63,552 nucleotides of DNA, taken from IMG/VR virus record IMGVR_UViG_3300037458_000177, positions 1 to 63,552 of that record; one strand, 5' to 3'. Made by a program: the position numbers and the translations under genes. Shown here in pieces: positions 27,263 to 36,148 of this stretch (position 1 is the first letter of the stretch; each line of letters opens with the position of its first letter). The notes beneath the pieces were generated by a model. That model worked only from the letters and a program-made list of their open reading frames with translations, had not been told where the DNA came from and ran no database searches. The stretch comes from a virus. Lineage: Duplodnaviria; Caudoviricetes.

Positions 27263-28304
27263 AGAAGATGAATCGATCGAACAGATCGCTACTAATGGTA
27301 GCGCCATTCATATCAATCCGAAGTGGTGGGCTAAGCAACCAGTAGATAATCAAGTCTTTGCTTTGTCTCACGAAGCTGGGCATATCCAGAATGCTCACGT
27401 AGAGCGTGGCGCAAAAGTCTCTGATCCTACTAGGTGGAATCTGGCTTGCGATATCTGGGTAAATCATGTTCGCCTGAAGAATGGTCATAGGCCAACCCGC
27501 GATATCTATATTGACGGCAATCAGTTCGGTATCACTAACCCCGAGCGATATACTGTAGAGCAAATCTACAAAAAGCTGCCAGCTACCAAGCCAGAAGATC
27601 GCAGCAAGTCTGGTCAGCAAGGCAAAGCTGGACCGGGTAAAGGCAATGATATGATGCCTAGTCCGCAGTCTGGTACAGATAAGATTGACGTAGCTACTAG
27701 GCTTGAACGCATCAAGCAAGTAGCTAAAGGTATGAACTATAATCTGGCGTATCTTCCTGCTGAAATGGAGGATACGTACAAGGAAATGACTGCGCCTAGT
27801 AAGAATTGGGCAGAAGAGTGCGCTAAGTTTGTTGCCCGTATGCGTGAGTCTCACTGGTCAACCAGTAAACTTATGGCATCCTACCGAGCACGCAGAGTTA
27901 TTATGCCTGCTATCAAGCGGTATAATAAACTTGAGTTTGGGTTCGTACTCGATACGTCTGGGTCTATCGAAGGCCCGACATATTCTGCGTTCGTGTCCAC
28001 AGTAAAGGATGCATTCAGCCAGCTAAAGCCAGAGCGAATGATCGCTGTTCTGGCGGATGATATGGTCCGTAAAGAACTGGAGTTCGATAAGCTACCTGAT
28101 AGGATTCCTTTTGTCGGTCGTGGTGGTACGGACTTTCGTCCTGCACTGAAATACTTTGAGGAAAAGTATCCTGAGATTGGCGGAGTAATTTATCTTACTG
28201 ATGGATATGGTGAGTTTCCCCGCGATCCTCCGAAGTTCCCACTTCTATGGGCAATAGATAATCCTCACGTAAAGCCGCCGTTTGGTGACGTATGTCGGAT
28301 ATAG
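27153..28304 (+). CDS. DUF2201-like metallopeptidase plus VWA-domain protein
   Basis: ATNG...INP, HEAGH, WNLACDIWVN; MIDAS DTSGS; GRGGTDFRP; YLTDGYG. Confidence 0.85.
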   Translation: MKTSILSKALWKLQNFGAKGNQSGLLDFATIICCEIKEDESIEQIATNGSAIHINPKWWAKQPVDNQVFALSHEAGHIQNAHVERGAKVSDPTRWNLACDIWVNHVRLKNGHRPTRDIYIDGNQFGITNPERYTVEQIYKKLPATKPEDRSKSGQQGKAGPGKGNDMMPSPQSGTDKIDVATRLERIKQVAKGMNYNLAYLPAEMEDTYKEMTAPSKNWAEECAKFVARMRESHWSTSKLMASYRARRVIMPAIKRYNKLEFGFVLDTSGSIEGPTYSAFVSTVKDAFSQLKPERMIAVLADDMVRKELEFDKLPDRIPFVGRGGTDFRPALKYFEEKYPEIGGVIYLTDGYGEFPRDPPKFPLLWAIDNPHVKPPFGDVCRI

Positions 28305-28693
28305 ACCTTTGGTATGTTGGCTATCTGATAGATGGCTCAGCTATTGCCGGAGGTCCGCTATCATCTGCCAAAGGCAAGGCTTTTGTCGCGGTAATATACG
28401 ATAAGAAAACTACTCGCGCAGAAGTAGATGATATGGGGCACTTTAGTAAGAAATCTTTCGGCATCCGAATAAAGATAGATAGATTCTTGCATAATCTGCA
28501 TGGTCCTGCACGAGTAGTCTGCGACTATAGGCCATCACTAATGGGGCCGCTACAGATTCTTCAACGCGAATACTATCTAAACGGAACAAAGGAGAAACCG
28601 TTCAAGTTCGCAGAAAAGCACCCGGCGGATATCATAGAAACCTACCGATCTCTTGGTTTCCGTACCTATAAGAACTACCTACTTCGAGAATGA
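28292..28693 (+). CDS. Hypothetical protein, paralogue of the next gene
   Basis: HNLHGPAR...EYYLNG...TYRSLGF. Confidence 0.65.
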   Translation: MSDIDLWYVGYLIDGSAIAGGPLSSAKGKAFVAVIYDKKTTRAEVDDMGHFSKKSFGIRIKIDRFLHNLHGPARVVCDYRPSLMGPLQILQREYYLNGTKEKPFKFAEKHPADIIETYRSLGFRTYKNYLLRE

Positions 28694-28694
28694 T

Positions 28695-29090
28695 ATGTTC
28701 TTTATTGGCATCCGTAAAGCTACCAGAGATATAGCCCAAGGTCCGGTGGAGAACGCAGAGAAGTATGACTGTACTATCTTTACTGAATATGATAACGAAG
28801 TATGTAAAGCTACTGTACTAAAGGAGGTGATGGCGTCTGGTAAGGAAGTGCGTGTTGTATCTGTTCGTGCTAGAACGAATAGCCAGTATCATAATTTACA
28901 TGGCCCAGCTCGCATCGAGCTAGAAGAAACGCCGAACATTCTACGCATAAAGTCAGTAGAATACTATATAGACGGAGAGAAAACTAAAGGACCATTCAAG
29001 GCTGAACTCATAGACCCTGCCCTTGCTGATACTTACCGAGCAGTGGGCTTTAATGTAATAGATAAATACATACTGAGGATAACAGAATGA
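28695..29090 (+). CDS. Hypothetical protein, paralogue of the previous gene
   Basis: HNLHGPAR...EYYIDG...TYRAVGF. Confidence 0.65.
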   Translation: MFFIGIRKATRDIAQGPVENAEKYDCTIFTEYDNEVCKATVLKEVMASGKEVRVVSVRARTNSQYHNLHGPARIELEETPNILRIKSVEYYIDGEKTKGPFKAELIDPALADTYRAVGFNVIDKYILRITE

Positions 29091-29617
29091 ACATATTTGC
29101 GTTGTCTCCCATACCGTCTGTCGCTGCAAAGTTCCACTGCGACAACCATATCAATAAGATGTTGATTGAATCGGCCCAAATGCTGAGCACTACTTGGCAT
29201 GTGATGGCACCCGATGACGTGAAGATTAACCAAGCTGGTGACTGGTGTATCGCCAGTACCGGCAATAAAATCTATAAGCCGTATCAGCCGAACCATCCTT
29301 GCAACAAGTGGGTACGCGAGTGCCGCGAGAATTACTTATGGCTAGTAACTCTGGCGCACTATCTTGGTGAGCAATTCAAAGTGCGATTCGGTAAGCCACA
29401 CGGAACAAGCCGGATTGTATCGCACCTGCGATATCCGCCCAATCAGTTGCCGCTATCTGGTAGCAATATGATTACGCCGTTCGCCCAAGTTATGCCGGAG
29501 GAATACCAGAAGCTCAACGATCCAGTAACCGCATACCGTAACTACTATCGTGCAGAGAAAGCATACTTTGCTACGTGGACTAACATCGAAGTTCCCTATT
29601 GGTTTATTCAGGAGTAA
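29087..29617 (+). CDS. Pyrimidine-dimer glycosylase/endonuclease V-like family protein
   Basis: MNIF..S...AA..HCD.H..KM.IESAQMLST, NHPC..W, DPVTAYRNYY motifs. Confidence 0.75.
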   Translation: MNIFALSPIPSVAAKFHCDNHINKMLIESAQMLSTTWHVMAPDDVKINQAGDWCIASTGNKIYKPYQPNHPCNKWVRECRENYLWLVTLAHYLGEQFKVRFGKPHGTSRIVSHLRYPPNQLPLSGSNMITPFAQVMPEEYQKLNDPVTAYRNYYRAEKAYFATWTNIEVPYWFIQE

Positions 29618-29623
29618 TACGAA

Positions 29624-30487
29624 ATGAGCAATGAATTCGACACGGCCATCGCGGACCGCATAATTCTTGCATATGTTAACATCAGTGTGTGGACTGGCGC
29701 GAAGCGCGATAAAGCACTAGCGCAAGAAACGTCCCGCCGAAAAGGTGCAAGCGACGATGCTTGCTCGGTTACTAAATACATAGTTGATAAGCAGATGATC
29801 GACTATGTGAACTCGAAAGCGCAGGCTATCCGCGTATTTCACTACAAGAACACCGTAGCATGGGACGATAACAATGCCCGCGCTCTACCAGTGTCCAAGT
29901 ATTTTGAATACGAGGCTGATCTTGCCCCGCTTATTGAAGAATTCAATATGGCATGCCGCCAGTTTGCCGAGTGGTATGCTGACAACTGGAACAATCAGCA
30001 GCAACGACTGGGCGATATGTTTGATGCTACTGAGTATCCGTATCCGCAGGATATCCAAGATAAGTTCCGCATCAAGGTTTCATTCCGCCCGGTGCAGGCT
30101 ATGGACTTTCGTACCGAATTGCCGGATGTTATTCGCGAGACTGTTAAAGAGTCGCTTCAGCAGGGACTTAATGACGGTGTAAAGATGGCGACGATTGAGT
30201 GCTGGCGTCGCATTGCCGAGTGCATGGGCAAAGTGTATTGCTCTCTGGAAGAAGAGAAAAAGATCTTTCGTGATTCCCTTATTGAGAATGTTCAAGTTCT
30301 CGCTGATACTTTACAGCCACTAAACATAGGAGGTGATAAGATACTTTCTGATACCATCTGCGAAATGAAAGAACAGATTGGTGATGCCTTCCCTGATCTG
30401 CTGCGTGTTGATCCAGTCGCACGCCGACGAACTGCGGAAGTCGCTCGCAAAATTTTTGACCTTGCCAGCTTGCATTCCGAATCCTAA
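29624..30487 (+). CDS. DUF3150-like helical protein
   Basis: ISVWTGAKRD, HYKNTVAWDDNNARALP, LGDMFDATEYP, IFRDSLIEN; family commonly found beside AAA/VWA genes. Confidence 0.6.
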   Translation: MSNEFDTAIADRIILAYVNISVWTGAKRDKALAQETSRRKGASDDACSVTKYIVDKQMIDYVNSKAQAIRVFHYKNTVAWDDNNARALPVSKYFEYEADLAPLIEEFNMACRQFAEWYADNWNNQQQRLGDMFDATEYPYPQDIQDKFRIKVSFRPVQAMDFRTELPDVIRETVKESLQQGLNDGVKMATIECWRRIAECMGKVYCSLEEEKKIFRDSLIENVQVLADTLQPLNIGGDKILSDTICEMKEQIGDAFPDLLRVDPVARRRTAEVARKIFDLASLHSES

Positions 30488-30605
30488 CGGTGTATGCTTC
30501 TGTTCATGGGGCGCGATGACGGGTGTAGGTGAAGCACTCCCCTTCTCCGAACCGCTTCGCGCCCCATATCCCCAATGTTAATTTCTCACGTAAAGGAACT
30601 ATGTC

Positions 30606-31025
30606 ATGTCTAAGTTTGAAGTTCGTAAGTTTGCTTCTATCCCGAAGATCGTTGGTCGTGGCCCGAAGAATGGCGGTCGCCCGTCTGTGTATCCTTTCGT
30701 TGATCTGAAGGAAGAGGGTGATGGCTTTAGCTTCCCGTCTGCCTTGACCAAGAAAGTTCGCGGTGCGGTGCAGGCTTATCGCGGTAACTATCCGCAGTAT
30801 AAGTTCGCTATCCGTGAACTGCGCGATGAAAACGGTGCGCTGACTGGTGATTCTGCCTGTATTCTGGCTAAGATTCTGACGCCTGAAGAAGTGCGTGCTG
30901 CTCAGGATGCACGCGAAGCGCAGCGTGCTGCTGAAGCTGCGGCAGAAGCGCAGGTTAGTTCTGTGACCAGTACCCCGGCTGTGGTCGCAACTTCTGTGGA
31001 TGATGCTCTCGCCGGTCTTGCATAA
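30606..31025 (+). CDS. Small putative DNA-binding protein
   Basis: AAGGA RBS; GRPSVYPFVDL..GDGF pattern; strongly biased codons. Confidence 0.6.
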   Translation: MSKFEVRKFASIPKIVGRGPKNGGRPSVYPFVDLKEEGDGFSFPSALTKKVRGAVQAYRGNYPQYKFAIRELRDENGALTGDSACILAKILTPEEVRAAQDAREAQRAAEAAAEAQVSSVTSTPAVVATSVDDALAGLA

Positions 31026-31039
31026 TAACTAGATGCGGC

Positions 31040-31080
31040 TTGACAAAAAGAACCCCGAGGGCTACCCTTGGGGTTCTTTT
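31040..31080 (+). terminator. Intrinsic terminator hairpin overlapping a sigma70-type promoter (TTGACA-17-TACCCT)
   Basis: AAAAGAACCCCGAGG-GCTAC-CCTTGGGGTTCTTTT; TTGACA at 31040, TACCCT at 31063. Confidence 0.65.
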
Positions 31081-31133
31081 CATTTATGGGGTATCATAAA
31101 TGAAAAAGAAAATATCCACTAGGAGAAAATGCT

Positions 31134-31748
31134 ATGAGTAGTGAAGTTGTTAAGTTACTGCAACAAGCTATTTCTATCTTGCAAGGAAGTCCGACCGGGC
31201 AGAGCAGCGCTAAGTATCCGCCAGTGTTCGATCTGCAACCTCTTGGCTATACAAAACTTGGTGCTGCCGAAACTATCCGCGAAGAGTTTCTTGATAGCGG
31301 CGAAAAACTTAAACTTTCTTTTGCGGCAAAGCTGCCGGTATGGTGGTATGTCCAAGACGCAGAAGATTACGCTACCATGAATGAAAGCCAAAAGAATCTG
31401 CAAGAGTTTAACTGCGGTAACGCACGTTTTACTATGGCAATCATGCGTCTTAATCCTACTGATCCGACAACTGGACGCTCTGCTCTATGGCGATCTTGGT
31501 GGCAGGCAGTTTCCCGCGAATGGGATGACGATCAGCAAAGGTTTGTAGATACGAATCTGATACATACCGATGGCAATCCAGTTGCTGCGGTATCTAATGA
31601 CTCTCGTACTCCCGGCGGCAGGCTTCTTGACGCCAATCCGCGCGTAGTTGATATGCGGCAAGTTATCCTTGCATCATATGACTACTACTACAAGACCAAC
31701 GTCAATGCCGTCTATGATGTCGAGTCCGTGTATCAGCGAGATAAGTAG
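31134..31748 (+). CDS. Hypothetical protein
   Basis: AGGAG RBS, 204 aa. Confidence 0.75.
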   Translation: MSSEVVKLLQQAISILQGSPTGQSSAKYPPVFDLQPLGYTKLGAAETIREEFLDSGEKLKLSFAAKLPVWWYVQDAEDYATMNESQKNLQEFNCGNARFTMAIMRLNPTDPTTGRSALWRSWWQAVSREWDDDQQRFVDTNLIHTDGNPVAAVSNDSRTPGGRLLDANPRVVDMRQVILASYDYYYKTNVNAVYDVESVYQRDK

Positions 31749-31757
31749 GAGTTAGCC

Positions 31758-31982
31758 ATGTCTGGGATAATCAAGTCTAAAGAACGTATCAATATCAAGC
31801 GTGGCTTTGCTGAAGCTACGGAGTACGTTGGCTGCCATATCCAAGACGCTAGCGGTGTTTGGGTTCCTGCGCTTTTTACCCTGCCGCAATTAACTGTGGC
31901 AATTGAACGTGCGAATCTTCAGCCGGAAGATATCGAACCTGAACCGTCGCTGTTCCGCAGGCTACTCGCTCGCTTCATCTGA
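31758..31982 (+). CDS. Hypothetical protein
   Basis: AGGAG RBS. Confidence 0.7.
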   Translation: MSGIIKSKERINIKRGFAEATEYVGCHIQDASGVWVPALFTLPQLTVAIERANLQPEDIEPEPSLFRRLLARFI

Positions 31983-32027
31983 CGTAATTGTGCCGGCAGC
32001 AATGCCGGCACTACCTTTGGAGGATAC

Positions 32028-32339
32028 ATGGAAACTAAGATTCAAATTACTGCACCTATGCATGTTAGCTGCGCTGGCTTTGCCAGTGGCGTAGCTACTG
32101 CACTAAAGGCTATCCGAGGACGTACCGAAACTGCTAGTCCGCAGGATATTGAACGCGATGTTGAACTACTTTTGGCAAAGGCGAACCATAACCTAAACTT
32201 TAATAACGCAATTGTTGCCCACCAACATGGCTTCGACGCACGCAATGTGCGTATGCGCTGCCGTATTGACAAAGAATCTCATATTCTTTATCTGCATGTG
32301 TCGGGGGCGAAAGATGAAGCCGGTAAAGATAACTCTTGA
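32028..32339 (+). CDS. Hypothetical protein
   Basis: GGAGG RBS preceded by a 9-bp GCAA-tetraloop hairpin (31990-32011). Confidence 0.7.
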   Translation: METKIQITAPMHVSCAGFASGVATALKAIRGRTETASPQDIERDVELLLAKANHNLNFNNAIVAHQHGFDARNVRMRCRIDKESHILYLHVSGAKDEAGKDNS

Positions 32340-34179
32340 TCTAGAAACTTACTACGCAGATGACTACTCACTACAGAAGCGAGATACAACTCTGACAAAG
32401 TATATTCATGATCCGAGATTTAAGGCACATGGCGCAGGTATTAAGATTGAGGACGGTCCTATCAGTTGGGTAACTGGTAAGGACTTGCCTAGTTTATTCG
32501 CGCGCATTCCGTGGAATCGGACGATTCTTATCGGGCACAATCTGAAGTTCGACGCATCCATACTTCACTGGAAGTATGGATATAAGCCTGCACTTCTGGT
32601 TGATACTAAGTCAATGGCGCGGGCATTACTGGGCAATGTTCCGCCGGGTTTTAGTCTGGATGCTATAGCGCAGTTTCTATTGGGCAGGTCCAAGGGCAAA
32701 GAGCTTGCTACTACCAAGGGCGTATACAATCTATCTCCGCAGCAAGAGGCTATTCTTGCTGGCTACTGTATTACAGACGTAGAACTTACATACGAGATAT
32801 GTAAGATTCTTTGGGCGTACTTTCCCAAGAAAGAAGCTCCGGTCATGGACTGGACTATTCGCATGTTCACTGAGCCTAAGCTAATGCTGGATAAGCAAAG
32901 GCTGCTGGCTCATCGCGATGCGGTATTGAAGCATAAGCAAGACCTACTTGACAACCTGACTCGCACGCATTCGCCAGAAGTATTTCGCAGCAACGATAAG
33001 TTCGCCGATCTTCTGGCAGAGTACGGCGTAGTTCCCCCGACTAAGATTTCCCCGACTACAGGGAAAGAAACTTATGCCTTCGCTAAAACAGACGAAGATT
33101 TTCTTGAGATACTTAACTCTGACAATCCTGATGTTGTCGGTATTGTTGAAGCAAGAATGGGACTCAAGACTTCACAAGCTGAAACAAGAGCATTAAGCTA
33201 CGCCAATCACGCAGACTTTGGTCCGTGGCCTGTAGATATTGAATACTGCGGGGCACTAGCTACGCATAGATTCTCTGGCGCTAAAGGTGGCGGTGGCAAT
33301 CCGCAGAATATGCAGCGTGGTTCAGAACTGCGCAAGAGTATTCATGCACCTAATGGATATAACGTAGTAGTTGGCGACTCAACTGGTATTGAGTTGCGTA
33401 TTGCCATGACTTTGGTGAATCAGGAAGATGCGCTGGATATTATTCGATCCGGTGGTGATCTATACTGCTGGTTCGCATCACATCTATACGGCAGGAAGAT
33501 TACCAAGAAGGATGAAGCGGAGCGGTTTCTTGGTAAGCTCGCTTGTCTTAGTCTGCAATATGGATGCGGTAAAGATAAGTTCCGTAAGATTGCAGGACTC
33601 AAGGGTGTAAAGCTAACACTTGAAGAAGCTGACCAGATCGTTCGGTACTATCGTCAAGTATTTTATATGGTGCCACGCTTCTGGCGTATCTGTGACAACG
33701 CTATTCTATCCATGTATCGTGGCGAAGATATGCTTCTTCCGCCCGCTAATATCGTGCGCCTTGGCATAGATAAATTCTATAAGGAATTCTTCAATACTCA
33801 GGTTCCCGCTATCCATTTGCCGGGTGGGCTAACTCTCCGCTATCCCGGCCTACGTCGAGATAGCAATGAGCAATGGGTATACCGTACTCGCACCCATCGT
33901 ACTGAGCATGAAACAAAACTTTATGGCGGTAAGGTCATGGAGAATATCTCACAGGCTTTGGCTGGCTGTGTAATTAAAGAGCAGGCAATTAGTCTGCCGC
34001 CACATATGCGTCCTACGCTACAGGTACATGATGAACTTGTGCCAGTTGTACCAGAAGAATCTGCACACGAAGATCGGGATACTATGGAGAGACTGATGTC
34101 TATTCCTCCGTCATGGTGGCCCGACTTGCCAGTTGCGGCAGAAGTCAAATATCATAAGATATATGGAGAAGCGAAATGA
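32314..34179 (+). CDS. polA: DNA polymerase, family A, with 3'-5' exonuclease domain
   Basis: LDLETY, GHNLKFD, YCITDV; motif A GDSTGIELR, motif B RFLGKLACLSLQYG, motif C QVHDEL. Confidence 0.95.
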   Translation: MKPVKITLDLETYYADDYSLQKRDTTLTKYIHDPRFKAHGAGIKIEDGPISWVTGKDLPSLFARIPWNRTILIGHNLKFDASILHWKYGYKPALLVDTKSMARALLGNVPPGFSLDAIAQFLLGRSKGKELATTKGVYNLSPQQEAILAGYCITDVELTYEICKILWAYFPKKEAPVMDWTIRMFTEPKLMLDKQRLLAHRDAVLKHKQDLLDNLTRTHSPEVFRSNDKFADLLAEYGVVPPTKISPTTGKETYAFAKTDEDFLEILNSDNPDVVGIVEARMGLKTSQAETRALSYANHADFGPWPVDIEYCGALATHRFSGAKGGGGNPQNMQRGSELRKSIHAPNGYNVVVGDSTGIELRIAMTLVNQEDALDIIRSGGDLYCWFASHLYGRKITKKDEAERFLGKLACLSLQYGCGKDKFRKIAGLKGVKLTLEEADQIVRYYRQVFYMVPRFWRICDNAILSMYRGEDMLLPPANIVRLGIDKFYKEFFNTQVPAIHLPGGLTLRYPGLRRDSNEQWVYRTRTHRTEHETKLYGGKVMENISQALAGCVIKEQAISLPPHMRPTLQVHDELVPVVPEESAHEDRDTMERLMSIPPSWWPDLPVAAEVKYHKIYGEAK

Positions 34180-34397
34180 GCGAAGAAGGCTACTCTATGA
34201 ACATGGCTGGTGTCCCGCGTCTTGCGTCGGACAAGAATTTTATGCGTGCTCATACCATACGCAAGCAAGAGCAAAAGATAATAGCTCTTGTAAGTGTGCT
34301 GTGTATGTGCAAGACTGACGAAGCGCAGCAAGAAATCCTTCTGGCATTGCGTACCGAGAATGATAAGCTCGTCGAGCTTGAGGTTATCGATGTCTAA
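34176..34397 (+). CDS. Hypothetical protein
   Basis: ATGA coupling, GGAG RBS. Confidence 0.6.
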   Translation: MSEEGYSMNMAGVPRLASDKNFMRAHTIRKQEQKIIALVSVLCMCKTDEAQQEILLALRTENDKLVELEVIDV

Positions 34398-35064
34398 CTT
34401 TCGCTGGTCATATTCTGGCCTAACTCAATACGAGACTTGTCCGCATCGGTTCTATATGACTCGTGTTGTAAAGCGAGTACAGGAACCAGAGACAGAAGCA
34501 ATCAAGTGGGGCAATCGAGTACACAAAGCACTTGAAGATAACATCAAATCTGATACTCCGCTAGAAGAAACTCTGTCGGTATTCCAGACAGTATTGGATA
34601 GCGTGCGCAAGATTCCCGGTGAGTTTCATGCAGAGCGTAAGTTCGCAATCAATCGGAAGTTTGAGCCTGTAGACTATGATGATCCTACCGCATGGTGCCG
34701 GTGCATCACTGACTTGTTCATACATTGCGGCGATACTGCCGTGGCTATGGACTGGAAAACAGGTAAGGTCAAGAACGATTTCGAGCAGCTCAAACTTAAC
34801 GCACTACTAATCTTTGCGCATTATCCAGAGATTGAGCGTATCAAGGTAGCATATATCTGGCTCAAATTTAAGAAGGTAACTAAGAACGAGTATACCCGCA
34901 CCGGCCCGCAAGCCGCCACTTGGGATAAGTTTGTTATGGCTACTACTTTCATGGAGAATAGCTACCGCAATAACTTCTGGCCTAAGCGTCGCAGTGGGCT
35001 ATGCCGTGACTGGTGTCCGGTTCATAGCTGCGAACATAATGGGTACTATGCTGGAGGTAAGTAG
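34390..35064 (+). CDS. Cas4-like PD-(D/E)XK exonuclease
   Basis: WSYS...CP, WGNRVHKALE, DWKTGK, QLKLNA, C-terminal C..WCP...C. Confidence 0.85.
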   Translation: MSNFRWSYSGLTQYETCPHRFYMTRVVKRVQEPETEAIKWGNRVHKALEDNIKSDTPLEETLSVFQTVLDSVRKIPGEFHAERKFAINRKFEPVDYDDPTAWCRCITDLFIHCGDTAVAMDWKTGKVKNDFEQLKLNALLIFAHYPEIERIKVAYIWLKFKKVTKNEYTRTGPQAATWDKFVMATTFMENSYRNNFWPKRRSGLCRDWCPVHSCEHNGYYAGGK

Positions 35065-35169
35065 AGTGTGGATATGATAAGATTTTACTTTGGCAATTGC
35101 CAGACAGGATTCTCTGACTTAGAACAAAAAGTATGGTACCGTGGTTGGTGGATACCTTGGGGGTATTAA

Positions 35170-35388
35170 ATGAACATGAAAACTGCTCGTTATTGGATGG
35201 TACATGGTTTTGGTTCAACTAGTATTAAGCATACTACCGCAGATAGTGCGATAAAAGAAGCGTGTAGATTGGCAAAGCAACATATCGGACAGACTTTCCA
35301 TGTTCTTGCCGTAGTCGGAGCATACCAAGCCGAGGCTAACCTGTATACTCTTAGTATCGAGAATGAAAATGAGTTTCGGCAAACCTAA
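35170..35388 (+). CDS. Hypothetical protein
   Basis: HTTADSAIKEACRLA...GQTFHVL pattern common in phages. Confidence 0.65.
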   Translation: MNMKTARYWMVHGFGSTSIKHTTADSAIKEACRLAKQHIGQTFHVLAVVGAYQAEANLYTLSIENENEFRQT

Positions 35389-35635
35389 GATCGCTGTCAT
35401 TTCTCCAGACGGTACTCTAGTAGGTATCCGCCTGACCGGCACCGCTGGGGCCATCGTCGCAACAGAACGCAATCTGGAGCTATACATTGACGAGGATTTA
35501 ATTGACCAGAACAAAGCTCCCCCACACATTGCCAAGCTATGCATCGCTATGCTATTTCTAAACGAACTTAATCGCGTGTCTGACTGGTACGAAACCGGCC
35601 ACAAGATCATCGCATCTATGAAGGGGAATTCCTAA
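35369..35635 (+). CDS. Hypothetical protein
   Basis: In-operon ORF; start uncertain (35363 or 35369). Confidence 0.55.
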   Translation: MSFGKPKIAVISPDGTLVGIRLTGTAGAIVATERNLELYIDEDLIDQNKAPPHIAKLCIAMLFLNELNRVSDWYETGHKIIASMKGNS

Positions 35636-35811
35636 TGGCTGTTCATTCTCCCGCATTTGAAGATACTAAAGATTTGATGCACCGACAACTGGAAGAATGC
35701 CGCAGACTTCTATCTGATCCAGAAGTTATTAAGGCGCTACAGAGCACTAGCTATACTGTGCGCGATCAGTATCTGCGCACCAAGATTTTGCTGGACTACC
35801 ACGATGAGTGA
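35635..35811 (+). CDS. Small hypothetical protein (58 aa, not in the ORF track)
   Basis: AGGGG RBS, TAATG coupling; fills the gap up to the VRR-NUC gene. Confidence 0.6.
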   Translation: MAVHSPAFEDTKDLMHRQLEECRRLLSDPEVIKALQSTSYTVRDQYLRTKILLDYHDE

Positions 35812-36148
35812 GTATAACGTCAAGAAGGAGATTAAGAAGATACTTAAATCTTATGATCCGCTTGTTACGTTTTTCATGCCGGTGCAAACTGGCTATGGCA
35901 AGAATGGTGTCGAGGATTTTTGTGTCTGTGCGTTCGGCAAGTATCTAGCTATCGAGGCTAAGTATACAAAGACAAGCAAGCAATCGTCGCTTCAGGTTCT
36001 TAGGGAAGGCGACGTGAGGGCGGCAGGCGGCATCTATATTGTTATACACAATAGCAACCTAGACTTTCTTCGCATGCTGTTGAACCGTATGGAAGATTTA
36101 TATAACGAGGCTCAAGCGAGAAAATCATGCACGTCAGCAATAACGTAA
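35804..36148 (+). CDS. VRR-NUC domain nuclease (Holliday-junction resolvase-like)
   Basis: E..VK..IKK.L, MPVQTGYGKNGVEDF, AIEAK, S.LQ......AAGG. Confidence 0.85.
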   Translation: MSEYNVKKEIKKILKSYDPLVTFFMPVQTGYGKNGVEDFCVCAFGKYLAIEAKYTKTSKQSSLQVLREGDVRAAGGIYIVIHNSNLDFLRMLLNRMEDLYNEAQARKSCTSAIT

